From Spirochaetia bacterium (lineage in GTDB: Bacteria > Spirochaetota > Spirochaetia > CAKZLE01): DNA of 64,000 nucleotides. The notes beneath the pieces were generated by a model. That model was given only the letters and a program-made list of their open reading frames with translations. It ran no database searches and was not told the origin of the DNA. Both the position numbers and the translations under genes were made by a program. The stretch lies in the NCBI GenBank assembly GCA_963677595.1, contig OY782041.1, positions 1,088,001 to 1,152,000 on the forward strand, written 5' to 3'. This document shows, piece by piece, positions 47,622-57,449 of this stretch (positions are counted from its first letter, which is position 1; every line of letters starts with the position of its first letter).

Positions 47622-48796
47622 GACGACTGCTTCCCTGTGATGACCGCGACATACCGGTCTCCCGGGAGGTGCTCGGCATGATGGAGGTTGATCAGGGCGA
47701 GGAGCCCTGCCGTGGATGCCGGCAGCACCAGCAGCCCGTCGGTCTCCTTGAGCATCTTCGCAGCCGACTTCATCGCCTTGTCGGAGACATAGGAGGCAGA
47801 CCCGTTGCTGTCATAGATCGCCTTCAGCGCCTCATCCCCGTCGATGGAGTGCCAGTTGATCAGGGGCTCGTTGATGGGGGTCTCCTTGACCGAACCGGGT
47901 TTGAGGTCCCGACACTCATTGTGCTTCCGCAGGAACGAGTCGATGATAGGGTTCTTCCGGTAAGAGGAACCGGCTATGATGCGCGGGATCCTCGAGGTCT
48001 TGCATCGCCTGTAGAGGCTCAGGAATCCCATGTAGATCCCGGCAAGGGCTGTCCCGTTGGAGACAGGCACCCCGACCGCCGCAGGTGCGTCCCTGAGTTC
48101 GTCATAGATCTCATAGGCGATCTGGGCATAGGCCTCCATCTGGAGGACCGTGTTCCGTCCCCCGGGGTTTGCATCGTAGATGTCATCCCGCTCGGAGCGG
48201 TTATGGGACTCCTGGCAGGCCTCCTCATAGTCGGAGCCTGCGAAGATGATCTCAGCCCCGTAGCCCTGCATCTCGCTGATCCTGTGGGTGCGGTACCCTG
48301 CCGGGATGTAGATGATGCACCGCAGGCCGGCAAGCCTGCAGGCGAGCGCCATCGCCGCCCCGTAGTTACCGCAGGTAGCCGTCGTCACGGCATCATAGCC
48401 CCGCCTGATGGCATCATGCGCCTGGGCGAAGGCGATCCGGTCCTTGTGGGTGCCCGAGGGGTTTCCCCCCTCGAACTTGAGGTAGAGGTTCCGCAGGTTG
48501 ATCTCCCGCTCGATGTTCCGCCCCCGCGTCAGGGCAGTATCACCGATCTCCCGGTCCATGATGTCGCGGAAGGCCTCGATACGCTCGATGGTCGTCAGGC
48601 TGATGTCAGAGGAGGTCCGTATCTGTTCATTGAGCAGGGGATCGATGGCAGGAGACTGGGAGGTCGCACCGTCCAACAGCGGCTCGCCATCCTCGGAGTC
48701 AGACAAATCAGCGGTACTCGAAGCCCTGAAGGCCGGTGCCGCATTCCCGTTCCCTGACATATTCAGGTTCCGGGTAAACGAAGGGGTACTACCCAT
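47618..48796 (-). CDS. PLP-dependent fold-type II enzyme (threonine synthase-like)
   Basis: LKFEGGNPSGTHKDR, ATCGNYG, VPVSNGT; start could be 48763. Confidence 0.85.
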   Translation of the reverse strand: MGSTPSFTRNLNMSGNGNAAPAFRASSTADLSDSEDGEPLLDGATSQSPAIDPLLNEQIRTSSDISLTTIERIEAFRDIMDREIGDTALTRGRNIEREINLRNLYLKFEGGNPSGTHKDRIAFAQAHDAIRRGYDAVTTATCGNYGAAMALACRLAGLRCIIYIPAGYRTHRISEMQGYGAEIIFAGSDYEEACQESHNRSERDDIYDANPGGRNTVLQMEAYAQIAYEIYDELRDAPAAVGVPVSNGTALAGIYMGFLSLYRRCKTSRIPRIIAGSSYRKNPIIDSFLRKHNECRDLKPGSVKETPINEPLINWHSIDGDEALKAIYDSNGSASYVSDKAMKSAAKMLKETDGLLVLPASTAGLLALINLHHAEHLPGDRYVAVITGKQSS

Positions 48797-48948
48797 CTTT
48801 GCCTCGTGCGGACAACCTTGAGTCCCTCGAGGGACGTATCCGCTTCACAACAGCTTTGATATACTTCCAAACAAGGTAAAAGTCAAGAGATCCGAGGACT
48901 GTTTGTCTGCAGATTCCTCTCTACTTTTTCCTGCAGGTCCCGACAAGC

Positions 48949-50235
48949 TCACTCGTCCTCGAACAGGAGCTGGTAGTACTTCACCGGGCGGCCCCGCCCG
49001 ATGTGATTGTTCTCGCTGTAGCTGCGTGCACCCCCATGCTCGACGAGCCGGTTGAGCAGCCTGCTGCCTGACCGTACGGTGACCCCCAGGTACTCTGCCA
49101 GCTGGGCTGCCGTGAACTGGTCGGAGCCGGTGACACGGCTGAAGGAGATGATCTTCTGCAGGTTCCCGGAGTCCATGTGGTACCTCTCTGAGAGGGCTAT
49201 GAGCGTATCATCCGGCCGGGTCAGTCCGCGAGGCATCCCCTCCTTACCGAGCGGCCCGATCAGCTCATTGGTCTCCGAGGCGTAATAGCACTCACCCTGG
49301 TCGTTCATGGAGGCATCCAGGGCTATGCGGGCATTGAAGCGTGCCTGGAAGTAGCTGCTGCCGCTGCCGAATCCCAGAAAGACACGGCTCCCGGCCGTCT
49401 CACCCAGCTTCAGGCTGAGGGAGTCACGCCTGAAGTTCCCGGTGAAATCCTGGATGTCCTCGAACCTCGTCAGGATCATCAGGGAGTCACCCTTCAGTTC
49501 CGGGGTGAAGTCATAGCCCCTCAGGCGGGCGATCTCGTTCAGCTCATCCATCACCCGCTTACTGATCCCTGTATCAGAGAAGCCCCAGGTCAGGGCGATC
49601 ACGCCGGGGTGGAAGGAGCCTGTTCTCTTAAGATTCACGGCGATCTGCATGAAGAAGTTCACGATATACTCACGGGAGGGGAAGAGATAGATATATGGGA
49701 TCCCCTCCCGTTCGAGGTCCCTCAGGATGAGCCCATGCTTCGTGATGGAGAGGTCGACCTTTTCCTCGCGATGCAGTCGTATATGGGTGTCGAGCACCCG
49801 GGAAGTGACCGTGTGGAGATCCTCGATCACCACAGGCTCGAGGTGGGGCAGCTGGTCCTCACTGAAAAGCTCCCTGATGCCGAGGTAGTCATTCTCCTTC
49901 ACGGCGAAGTCGATATAGACCCGGCTGAAGTCATAGTCGCGATCTCTCAGGACCAGGGAGAGGAAGACCGCTGACAGGTCCCCTTCGAGCTCGTCGAGAA
50001 TATAGAAGGGCTTCTCAGGGAAGATGGAACGTGAGGAGAGATCGTAGTAGAGGCCGCGGCCGGTGAAGACGAAGCAATCCACCCGGTCAAGGTAGTCCTG
50101 ATAGAGCCTGTGGGGTTCATCCTGTTCATGTACGATGAGATACAGCAGGTTGAGATGGGACTGGAGTTCGCCCTCCAGTCCCTTGATGAACCCAGCCATG
50201 GGCTCTGATGTGATCAGCCCAAGGGTCATGCTCAC
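48949..50235 (-). CDS. Putative transcriptional regulator with C-terminal HTH
   Basis: AAQLAEYLGVTVRSGSRLL...GRGRP. Confidence 0.65.
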   Translation of the reverse strand: MSMTLGLITSEPMAGFIKGLEGELQSHLNLLYLIVHEQDEPHRLYQDYLDRVDCFVFTGRGLYYDLSSRSIFPEKPFYILDELEGDLSAVFLSLVLRDRDYDFSRVYIDFAVKENDYLGIRELFSEDQLPHLEPVVIEDLHTVTSRVLDTHIRLHREEKVDLSITKHGLILRDLEREGIPYIYLFPSREYIVNFFMQIAVNLKRTGSFHPGVIALTWGFSDTGISKRVMDELNEIARLRGYDFTPELKGDSLMILTRFEDIQDFTGNFRRDSLSLKLGETAGSRVFLGFGSGSSYFQARFNARIALDASMNDQGECYYASETNELIGPLGKEGMPRGLTRPDDTLIALSERYHMDSGNLQKIISFSRVTGSDQFTAAQLAEYLGVTVRSGSRLLNRLVEHGGARSYSENNHIGRGRPVKYYQLLFEDE

Positions 50236-50238
50236 GTC

Positions 50239-50970
50239 CTACTCGTCCCCTGCGGTCTCATCCCCGGGCAGGGCCACGGTGATCTTCCCCTTCTTATAAA
50301 GCCACCTGGATCCGAAATAGGTGATCGGCAGGCAGATCAATACCAGGAATCCCTGCAGCTGGTGTGCCAGCTGCGAGGAGATGATGTAGACCACTATTAC
50401 CAGCAGCGTAGGGACGATGGCTCCAAGGAGCCGCCCCTTGATGATGATCCCGCCGCCGACATGGCTGCTCAGGATCCCCAGCCCCATGGCCCCGAAGAGG
50501 GCCGGCAGGATGTTCGCAGTCGCGACCTGAACCGGTGCTGAGGTGAGGACCGGTTTCAGCGGTACCAGCAGCAGGGTGCCCAGTGCGATGAGCAGGATGG
50601 TGAGCAGGGAGGAGACACTTACCGCGATGGTAGCGATGACATCACCCTTCTCAGTCCCGGGTTCGGCATTCCCCACCTTTTGGGCATTCGCCACGACGGG
50701 GAGCTTGAGGTTGAGGATGTTCCCGGTGATGAAGGTCAGGTAGGCAGAACTCCCCAATACCGGGGTATAGGAGATCACTTCCGAGATCGTGACGGGAATG
50801 AAGATTGCCAGCAGCCCGGTAGCCGCTGTCAGGATGCGCAGGAATCCCGGGAACGTACCGAACACGATACTGATCACGGTCGGGATCCCCAGCATGATCA
50901 GGATAGCCGCGATCGCGCAGGCCCTTCCCAGCCGGTGTATGGAATCAAAATACTCTTTCGTGCTTCTCAT
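50239..50970 (-). CDS. Membrane protein, partner of DUF5058
   Basis: Multiple TM segments; EVISYTPVLG, YLTFITGNILNLKLP, PGTEKGD. Confidence 0.7.
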   Translation of the reverse strand: MRSTKEYFDSIHRLGRACAIAAILIMLGIPTVISIVFGTFPGFLRILTAATGLLAIFIPVTISEVISYTPVLGSSAYLTFITGNILNLKLPVVANAQKVGNAEPGTEKGDVIATIAVSVSSLLTILLIALGTLLLVPLKPVLTSAPVQVATANILPALFGAMGLGILSSHVGGGIIIKGRLLGAIVPTLLVIVVYIISSQLAHQLQGFLVLICLPITYFGSRWLYKKGKITVALPGDETAGDE

Positions 50971-50979
50971 GGCCCCCTC

Positions 50980-51687
50980 CTAGCCTAACAGGTTGGTCCA
51001 GAGGACCGACGATGCCATAGCCCCGATGAGGCAGATGGCAAGGACGAAGTTCGAGAGCCACGTCAGCCCTGCCCGCTTCACGAGCAGCGACAGGATGACT
51101 GCCAGGGCGGCACTCGTCAGCAGGGTCAGCAGGGAGGCCCCGCCGTCCAGGATCAGGGGAGTCACGAGGACGACCACGATGGTGAGCAGGAAGGTACTGT
51201 TCCCTAACGCTCCCAACCGGGGGTCCCTCGTCTTCATGTTCATCGTCCCGTCCATGATCCTCTTCCCGAAGAAGATGAGGATGACGATCCCCCCGAGGAT
51301 GGAGAAGCTCATGACATACATGATCAGCGTGAAGTCCGTCATGGTCGCGGTAGCCATCTCCTTGCCGATGGAACCGAGGGCCATGTCGGCTGCCATGATC
51401 TCATAGCCTACCGAACCGAGGACCGAGAGGCGGTACCAGGGCCAGGGGACTCCCAGCATGGCGGCAAGGCTGAAGAAGCCCACCACGATGGCGACTGACG
51501 GCACCAGTGATACTGACAACGTCGATTTCACCACGTTCATCAGCTCGGTCCGTTCGATCCCGAGTTCTTTCGCCCTGCTCCAGGACTTCCTCAGGAACAG
51601 CAGGGTCATGAGGACCACGGCACCGATGCCGATCACCCCGACCAGGAAATAGAGCAGAGGACTCTCCGCTATCTTCAGATACTCCAT
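50980..51687 (-). CDS. DUF5058-family membrane protein
   Basis: RAKELGI, LGVPWPWYRLSVLGSVGYE. Confidence 0.75.
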   Translation of the reverse strand: MEYLKIAESPLLYFLVGVIGIGAVVLMTLLFLRKSWSRAKELGIERTELMNVVKSTLSVSLVPSVAIVVGFFSLAAMLGVPWPWYRLSVLGSVGYEIMAADMALGSIGKEMATATMTDFTLIMYVMSFSILGGIVILIFFGKRIMDGTMNMKTRDPRLGALGNSTFLLTIVVVLVTPLILDGGASLLTLLTSAALAVILSLLVKRAGLTWLSNFVLAICLIGAMASSVLWTNLLG

Positions 51688-51716
51688 ATAACCTCCCTGT
51701 ATATGTGTGTTTTTTG

Positions 51717-52916
51717 TTATGCGTTACGCTTCAGCCACTCGAGGGCGAACCCGACATAGGCCGCAGACCCGCGGAAGAGCACCGACTCATCGAAGATCGC
51801 CTTGGGATGGTGCATCGGGAAGGCATAGCCCTTCCTGGCATCCCCTGCGACGAGCATGGTCATCACGCTCGGGACCTGTTCCGTGACGAAGGCAAAATCC
51901 TCGCTCCCCATCATCTTCCCTCCGGGCAGCACGTCATCGATGAAGATGAGGTCCTCCTCACCGAACAGGTCAGCCATGATCGAGTTGAAGGAAGAAACGG
52001 CATCAGCCGTTGTGGTAACTGAAGGACAGCCGTTGCTGAAGATGACCTCTGCCGTACAGCGGTAGCTGGCCGCGATCCCCTCCGAGATCTCGGTCATCCG
52101 CTTCTTGATGAACGCCCGGTGGTCGTTGCTGAAGGTCCTGATGGTCCCCATCATGGAGGCAGTGTCCGAGATGACGTTCGCCGTCGTGCCCCCGCAGTAC
52201 TTCCCGACCGTGACCACGATGGCATCGCCTGCACCGGTCTCCCGGCTGTTGATAGCCTGCAGGCCAAGATGGATGGTAGAGGCTGGGATCAGGGGGTCTA
52301 TCGCCATGTTCGGCATGGCCCCGTGGCCCCCCTTTCCCTGGATCCTGATCTCGAACCAGTCGGAGGTCGCAGAGAGCGCCCCGGCCATCGGCTTGAGGAG
52401 CTTCCCCGCAGGAAGCGGCATCCCCGATGCAACATGGATCATCATCGCGATATCGACGGAGGGGTTCTCAAGGATCCCGGCAGCGACCATGGCCTTCGCT
52501 CCGCTGAGGGTCTCCTCAGCAGGCTGGAACATCAGTTTCACCGTGCCCTCGATCTCGTCCTCATGCTCTTTCAGGAGCCTCGCGGCACCGAGGAGCATCG
52601 AGGTATGCAGGTCATGCCCGCAGGCATGCATGTTCCCCGTCTCGGACCTGAAGGGGACCTCCGTGGCCTCCTCGATCGGGAGGGCATCCATATCGGCACG
52701 GAGCAGGACCACCTTCCCCGGTTTCTTCCCCCCGGCGATCGCCAGTAATCCTGATTGGCAGATCTCCTGCGGCTCATAGCCCATCTTGATGAGCTGCTCC
52801 TTCACATAGGCAGCAGTCACCGGCAGTTCCATCCCGGTCTCGGCATGCTGGTGCAGGTAGTGCCGATGGTCAACCAGCAGGCCCTGTATTCCTTGAGCTT
52901 CCTGAACGAGTGTCAT
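51717..52916 (-). CDS. M20D amidohydrolase (hippuricase-like)
   Basis: LRADMDAL, HACGHD, FQPAEE, GKGGHGA, SEDFA, HHP. Confidence 0.93.
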   Translation of the reverse strand: MTLVQEAQGIQGLLVDHRHYLHQHAETGMELPVTAAYVKEQLIKMGYEPQEICQSGLLAIAGGKKPGKVVLLRADMDALPIEEATEVPFRSETGNMHACGHDLHTSMLLGAARLLKEHEDEIEGTVKLMFQPAEETLSGAKAMVAAGILENPSVDIAMMIHVASGMPLPAGKLLKPMAGALSATSDWFEIRIQGKGGHGAMPNMAIDPLIPASTIHLGLQAINSRETGAGDAIVVTVGKYCGGTTANVISDTASMMGTIRTFSNDHRAFIKKRMTEISEGIAASYRCTAEVIFSNGCPSVTTTADAVSSFNSIMADLFGEEDLIFIDDVLPGGKMMGSEDFAFVTEQVPSVMTMLVAGDARKGYAFPMHHPKAIFDESVLFRGSAAYVGFALEWLKRNA

Positions 52917-53070
52917 GATATCCCCCTCTTTGATTATTAGACATTTTTAGACGTCCTAGGAGAAGCATAGCATGCTGCTGGAAGATCTGTCAAACTCTTT
53001 TTCAGAGGATATCAACACAGGAGAAATAGAGTGAAGAGGAGATGAGGTGCGTAACGATCGGGGAACAGTC

Positions 53071-54717
53071 CTACCCCGAATACATCCCTGCCCGTTCCAC
53101 GGCATCCCGGAAGAGGTCCACGAGATTCTCCTCCATGCAGAACCTCGTGATGCCGTTGCGCAGGAGCTTCTCCTTCACCTCAGGGTTCATCCCCGAGATG
53201 ATGACGGTCACCCCCATCCTGTGGAAGGACTCGAGGGTATCGAAGAGGTTCTTCATGCCGGTCTGGTCGACGAAATCGACATGACGCATCCTGATGATCA
53301 GGACCTTTGTCTTCTTGCCGGCATCCTTCATCAGCTCGGCATACCGTTTAGCGGTACCGAAGAAGAGCGGGCCGCTGATCTCGAAGATCCTGACCGTCCC
53401 CGGCAGGTAGGAGTAGTCCTCGAGCACATCGGTGTCCACGACATGCTCGATCCGCTTGTCAGCGATGTCGGACATCCGCTTCATGAAGAAGAGGCTCGAG
53501 AGCACCACCCCGATCTCGATGGCAGCCACGAGGTCGATGAAGATCGTCACGAGAAAGGTCGTCAGCAGGATGAGACGGTCATAGATGTTCCCCTTCAGGA
53601 TCGACCGGAAGGAACGGTACTCACTCATGTCATAGGAGACGACGATCAGGATGCCTGCGAGGCAGGCCATCGGTATATAGACCACGAACCTGCCGAAGAA
53701 GAGCAGGATCAGCAGCAGTACCACGGAGTGGGTGATCCCCGCTATCGGGGTCCTCCCGCCGTTCCTGATGTTCGTCGCCGTCCTCGCGATAGCTCCCGTG
53801 GCGGGGATCCCGCCGAAGAAGGGGGAGACGATGTTCGCCAGTCCCTGGGCGATGAGCTCGGTATTGGAGCGGTGATTGCCGCTGATCATACCGTCAGCGA
53901 CTGAAGCAGAGAGGAGAGACTCGATCCCGCCGAGCAGGGCGATCGCCAGGGCCGGCTGGAGGAGCGATAGGAAGCCGGATTCGGGGATGCCCGGCAGCTG
54001 CAGCTGCACGGTACCCGAGATCTCCCCATAGAGCGAGCCGATGGTCGCGACTGGGAGATCGGCAAGCAGGACGGTGATACTCGCGATGATGATGGCGATG
54101 ATCGATCCCGGCACCTTGCGGATGTACCGCCGGCTGAGGATGAGGGTCAGGATCGTGAAGGCCGTGATCCCGAAGGCATAGAAGTTCACACCCACGATAT
54201 GCTCCCCATAGACGAGGAGCTTCTCGATGAACTCCGAGGGGACCTGGTCGATCTCCAGTCCCAGGGCATCCTTGACCTGCGTGAAGAAGATCACTACGGC
54301 GATCCCGCTCGTGAACCCCACGGTGAGAGAATGGGGGATGAACTTCAAGAGGGTCCCGAGACGCAGGAGGCCCATGAGGACCAGCAGGATCCCGGCAAGG
54401 ACCGTAGCATAGAAGAGCCCGTCGATCCCGTGCTCTCCGACGATACCGAAGATGATGATGATGAAGGCCCCGGTAGGCCCGCCGATCTGGACACGGCTGC
54501 CCCCGAGGACCGCGATGATGAACCCGCCGATGATTGCGGTGATGATGCCCATGACCGGGGGGACGCCGGAGGCGACGGCAAAGGCGATCGAGAGCGGCAG
54601 GGCGACGATCCCGACCACGATACCCGCCAGGATATCGGAGGAGACCGTATGGAGGGGAATACCATGCTTGAGAAGAGAGAACATCTTGGGCTTGAATATA
54701 TCCTGCATTCGTTTCAC
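53071..54717 (-). CDS. SulP-family anion transporter with STAS domain
   Basis: ALPLSIAFA, QIGGPTGA, ESLLSA, ATGAIART, GPLFFG. Confidence 0.95.
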   Translation of the reverse strand: MKRMQDIFKPKMFSLLKHGIPLHTVSSDILAGIVVGIVALPLSIAFAVASGVPPVMGIITAIIGGFIIAVLGGSRVQIGGPTGAFIIIIFGIVGEHGIDGLFYATVLAGILLVLMGLLRLGTLLKFIPHSLTVGFTSGIAVVIFFTQVKDALGLEIDQVPSEFIEKLLVYGEHIVGVNFYAFGITAFTILTLILSRRYIRKVPGSIIAIIIASITVLLADLPVATIGSLYGEISGTVQLQLPGIPESGFLSLLQPALAIALLGGIESLLSASVADGMISGNHRSNTELIAQGLANIVSPFFGGIPATGAIARTATNIRNGGRTPIAGITHSVVLLLILLFFGRFVVYIPMACLAGILIVVSYDMSEYRSFRSILKGNIYDRLILLTTFLVTIFIDLVAAIEIGVVLSSLFFMKRMSDIADKRIEHVVDTDVLEDYSYLPGTVRIFEISGPLFFGTAKRYAELMKDAGKKTKVLIIRMRHVDFVDQTGMKNLFDTLESFHRMGVTVIISGMNPEVKEKLLRNGITRFCMEENLVDLFRDAVERAGMYSG

Positions 54718-54913
54718 CGCCTGAGTCTACCCTGTTTTACTGGAATCAGCTCTATATACGCCTTGTACAGAAAAAAATCAAGCATATCCCGCTCAGTTTC
54801 AGTGAGAATTCTCAGCTATGTGCTAAAAGCATCCGCCCCCTGTCATCTACGAGCTGCTGTACTCAGGGATAGCTGATGAAAGGGTAGATGGGGGGATTGG
54901 GACTGGATGGAGG

Positions 54914-54957
54914 CGCCCCGGTCTTCCCGGGAGGAGATCCCGGGAAAAGCGGGGGTT
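54914..54957 (-). terminator. GC-rich hairpin after the amino-acid ABC operon
   Basis: TTCCCGGGA-GGAGA-TCCCGGGAA core. Confidence 0.45.
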
Positions 54958-54965
54958 ATATGCAG

Positions 54966-55697
54966 CTATTCTTCGTTAGTCACCTGCCGGAGGAACTGCC
55001 TGGTACGCTCTTCCTTCGGATTGGTGAAGATCTCATCCGGCGTGCCCTGCTCGATGATCATGCCGTCATCCATGACGATCACCTTGTGGGCTACCTTCTG
55101 CGCGAACCAGATCTCGTGGGTCACGACGACCATGGTCATCCCTTCCCTGGCAAGCTCCTCGATCACGGAGATGACCTCCCCTACCAGTTCCGGGTCAAGG
55201 GCACTGGTAGGCTCATCGAATAGGATCACATCCGGGTCCATGGCCAGGGAACGGGCAATGGCTACCCGCTGCTTCTGCCCGCCGGAGAGCATCTCCGGAT
55301 AGACCTGGGCCTTCTCTTCCAGCCCGACCTTGCGCAGCAGGTCCATGGCGATCTTCCGTGATTCCTTCTTCGGGATGTTCTTCACCTGGACGGGTCCTTC
55401 CATCACATTCTCGAGCACCGTCATATGGGGGAAGAGGTGGAAATGCTGGAAGACCATGCCGACCCTGGCCCGCAGGCTGTCGATGTCATGGTTCTTATGC
55501 TTGATCTCCTGTCCATCGATGAAGATCTTCCCCTTATCGGCGATCTCAAGGAAATTGAGGCAGCGGAGGAAGGTACTCTTCCCGGAACCGGAAGGACCGA
55601 TGATGACGATGATCTCCTTCTCCTCCACGGTCATGTCGATGCCCTTCAGTACATGGAGGTCCCCGAAGTTCTTATGTATGTTCTCAGCTTTTACCAT
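54966..55697 (-). CDS. Polar amino-acid ABC transporter ATP-binding protein
   Basis: [34 protein letters not shown]. Confidence 0.95.
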   Translation of the reverse strand: MVKAENIHKNFGDLHVLKGIDMTVEEKEIIVIIGPSGSGKSTFLRCLNFLEIADKGKIFIDGQEIKHKNHDIDSLRARVGMVFQHFHLFPHMTVLENVMEGPVQVKNIPKKESRKIAMDLLRKVGLEEKAQVYPEMLSGGQKQRVAIARSLAMDPDVILFDEPTSALDPELVGEVISVIEELAREGMTMVVVTHEIWFAQKVAHKVIVMDDGMIIEQGTPDEIFTNPKEERTRQFLRQVTNEE

Positions 55698-56377
55698 ATC
55701 TTCCGAGCCTCTCTCTTGCCTGATGCCAGCTTCTTATCGATCCTGGACAATACCATATTCAGGATCGAGGTTAGGAGCAGGTAATAGATACCTACGATGA
55801 TCAGCATCTCCATATACATGAATGTGGAGCTTCCCAGCTGCCTGCCGCGGAGCAGCAGTTCGGGAACCGCAATCGTACTGGCAAGACTGGAATCCTTCAG
55901 TGCGATGATGAACTGGTTACCCAGCGGGGGTATCGCCCGCTTGAGGGCCTGGGGCAGGATCACCCGCTGCATCGCCTTCCGGTGGCTCATCCCGATAGAC
56001 CGGGCAGCCTCCATCTGGCCTACCGGTATCGATTCTATAGCTCCCCTGAAGATCTCGGCGATATAGGCACCGTTATGGAACCCGAGTGCGAAGATCGCGG
56101 ACGGGTACGGCGGGATCGCGACCACGGTCGTCAGCCCATAATAGATGATGAACAACTGAAGGAGGAGCGGCGTGCCGCGCACAACGAAGATATAGGCGGA
56201 AGCGATCGCTTTCGGTACCCTGTTGTGGGACACTTTCATCAGTGCAAACACGAATCCCACGACCACGCCGCAGATGATACCTGCGGCTGTGATCTCCAGC
56301 GTGATCAAGGCTGCCTTAGCGAAGTCAGGGAACCTTGTCACGACTACTGTTAGATCCCAGGGGAAAAAATCAGACAA
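55691..56377 (-). CDS. Polar amino-acid ABC transporter permease
   Basis: [33 protein letters not shown]. Confidence 0.95.
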   Translation of the reverse strand: MSDFFPWDLTVVVTRFPDFAKAALITLEITAAGIICGVVVGFVFALMKVSHNRVPKAIASAYIFVVRGTPLLLQLFIIYYGLTTVVAIPPYPSAIFALGFHNGAYIAEIFRGAIESIPVGQMEAARSIGMSHRKAMQRVILPQALKRAIPPLGNQFIIALKDSSLASTIAVPELLLRGRQLGSSTFMYMEMLIIVGIYYLLLTSILNMVLSRIDKKLASGKREARKIW

Positions 56378-56392
56378 TGATGTTCTCCTGTA

Positions 56393-57160
56393 TTACGGGT
56401 TGGTGATGTCGATACCGTCGAACCAGTCACCGCTGATCTCTGACAGGGTACCGTCTGCACGCATATCAGCGAGGGCTGCATTCACGTCATCGGTCAGTGG
56501 ATTGTCTTTCTGGAAAGCGATCGCACACCGTTCCTTTCGGAGAAGCTCACCGGTGAGGACCAGGTCACTGCCGCCGTCGATCTGGTTGATCGCATTGACT
56601 GCTACCACACGGTCTGAGATGACTGCATCGATCCTGCCGTTGATCAGCTCCATCAGGGTCTGGTTGTCATCCTCATACAGGCGGGCCTTTGCCCCCATAC
56701 CTTCCACATCGGTGACGAAGGTAGTACCGGTGACGACACCGATCACGGTATCCGCATCGATATCATCGAGCGACTTGATAGCAGAATCCTTCCTGGTGAT
56801 CACCTGTGCACCTGAATAATAGTAGGGTTCTGAGAAATCGACGACTTTCAGCCTCTCATCGGTGATGGCCATACTCCCGAGGATCCCGTCATACCGACCT
56901 GCACGAAGGCCCTCGATGATGCCGTCCCAGGCGGTCGTCACATAGTCCAGTTCCAGATCAAGACGACTGGCGATCTCGGCTGCCACATCGACGTCGAACC
57001 CCTCGACCCCGTCATCGGTGATGAAGTTGAACGGGGGATACCCGCCGGACCCGGCGAACTGGATCACTTCCTTCGTCTCCTCGACCTGCCCGTTCGCGAA
57101 CACGACGGCAGGGATAACAGCTACCAATACCAATGCTATCAACAGATTTCTTATTCTCAT
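56393..57160 (-). CDS. Polar amino-acid ABC transporter substrate-binding protein
   Basis: Signal peptide; YPPFNF, GFDVD, ITDER..VDFSEPYY. Confidence 0.93.
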   Translation of the reverse strand: MRIRNLLIALVLVAVIPAVVFANGQVEETKEVIQFAGSGGYPPFNFITDDGVEGFDVDVAAEIASRLDLELDYVTTAWDGIIEGLRAGRYDGILGSMAITDERLKVVDFSEPYYYSGAQVITRKDSAIKSLDDIDADTVIGVVTGTTFVTDVEGMGAKARLYEDDNQTLMELINGRIDAVISDRVVAVNAINQIDGGSDLVLTGELLRKERCAIAFQKDNPLTDDVNAALADMRADGTLSEISGDWFDGIDITNP

Positions 57161-57449
57161 GATTCCTCCGATTGTTTCGACCACGTACTACGTAATTACT
57201 ATGTAGACTATGGTTATAGGCGTATTTACCATATAGTTGAAACACTTATTATTTAGTACTCTAACAATTTATACCGCACCTTGTCAAAGCAGATCGGCGA
57301 TTTTATTACACTTTGTCAACGAAATACTCCGTTTTTGCCCGACCATCTCTTGGCATTAACACGTTTTAATGCGAATATTCTCATAGTTCGATCAGTTACG
57401 TTTGATTAGTAGTATAATTTTTATAATTAGAACTGGGGAGTACACTACC

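Noticed and set aside
47618-48796. Housekeeping thrC
   Set aside because: No hom/thrB context; GTHKDR and VSNGT differ from typical threonine synthase motifs.
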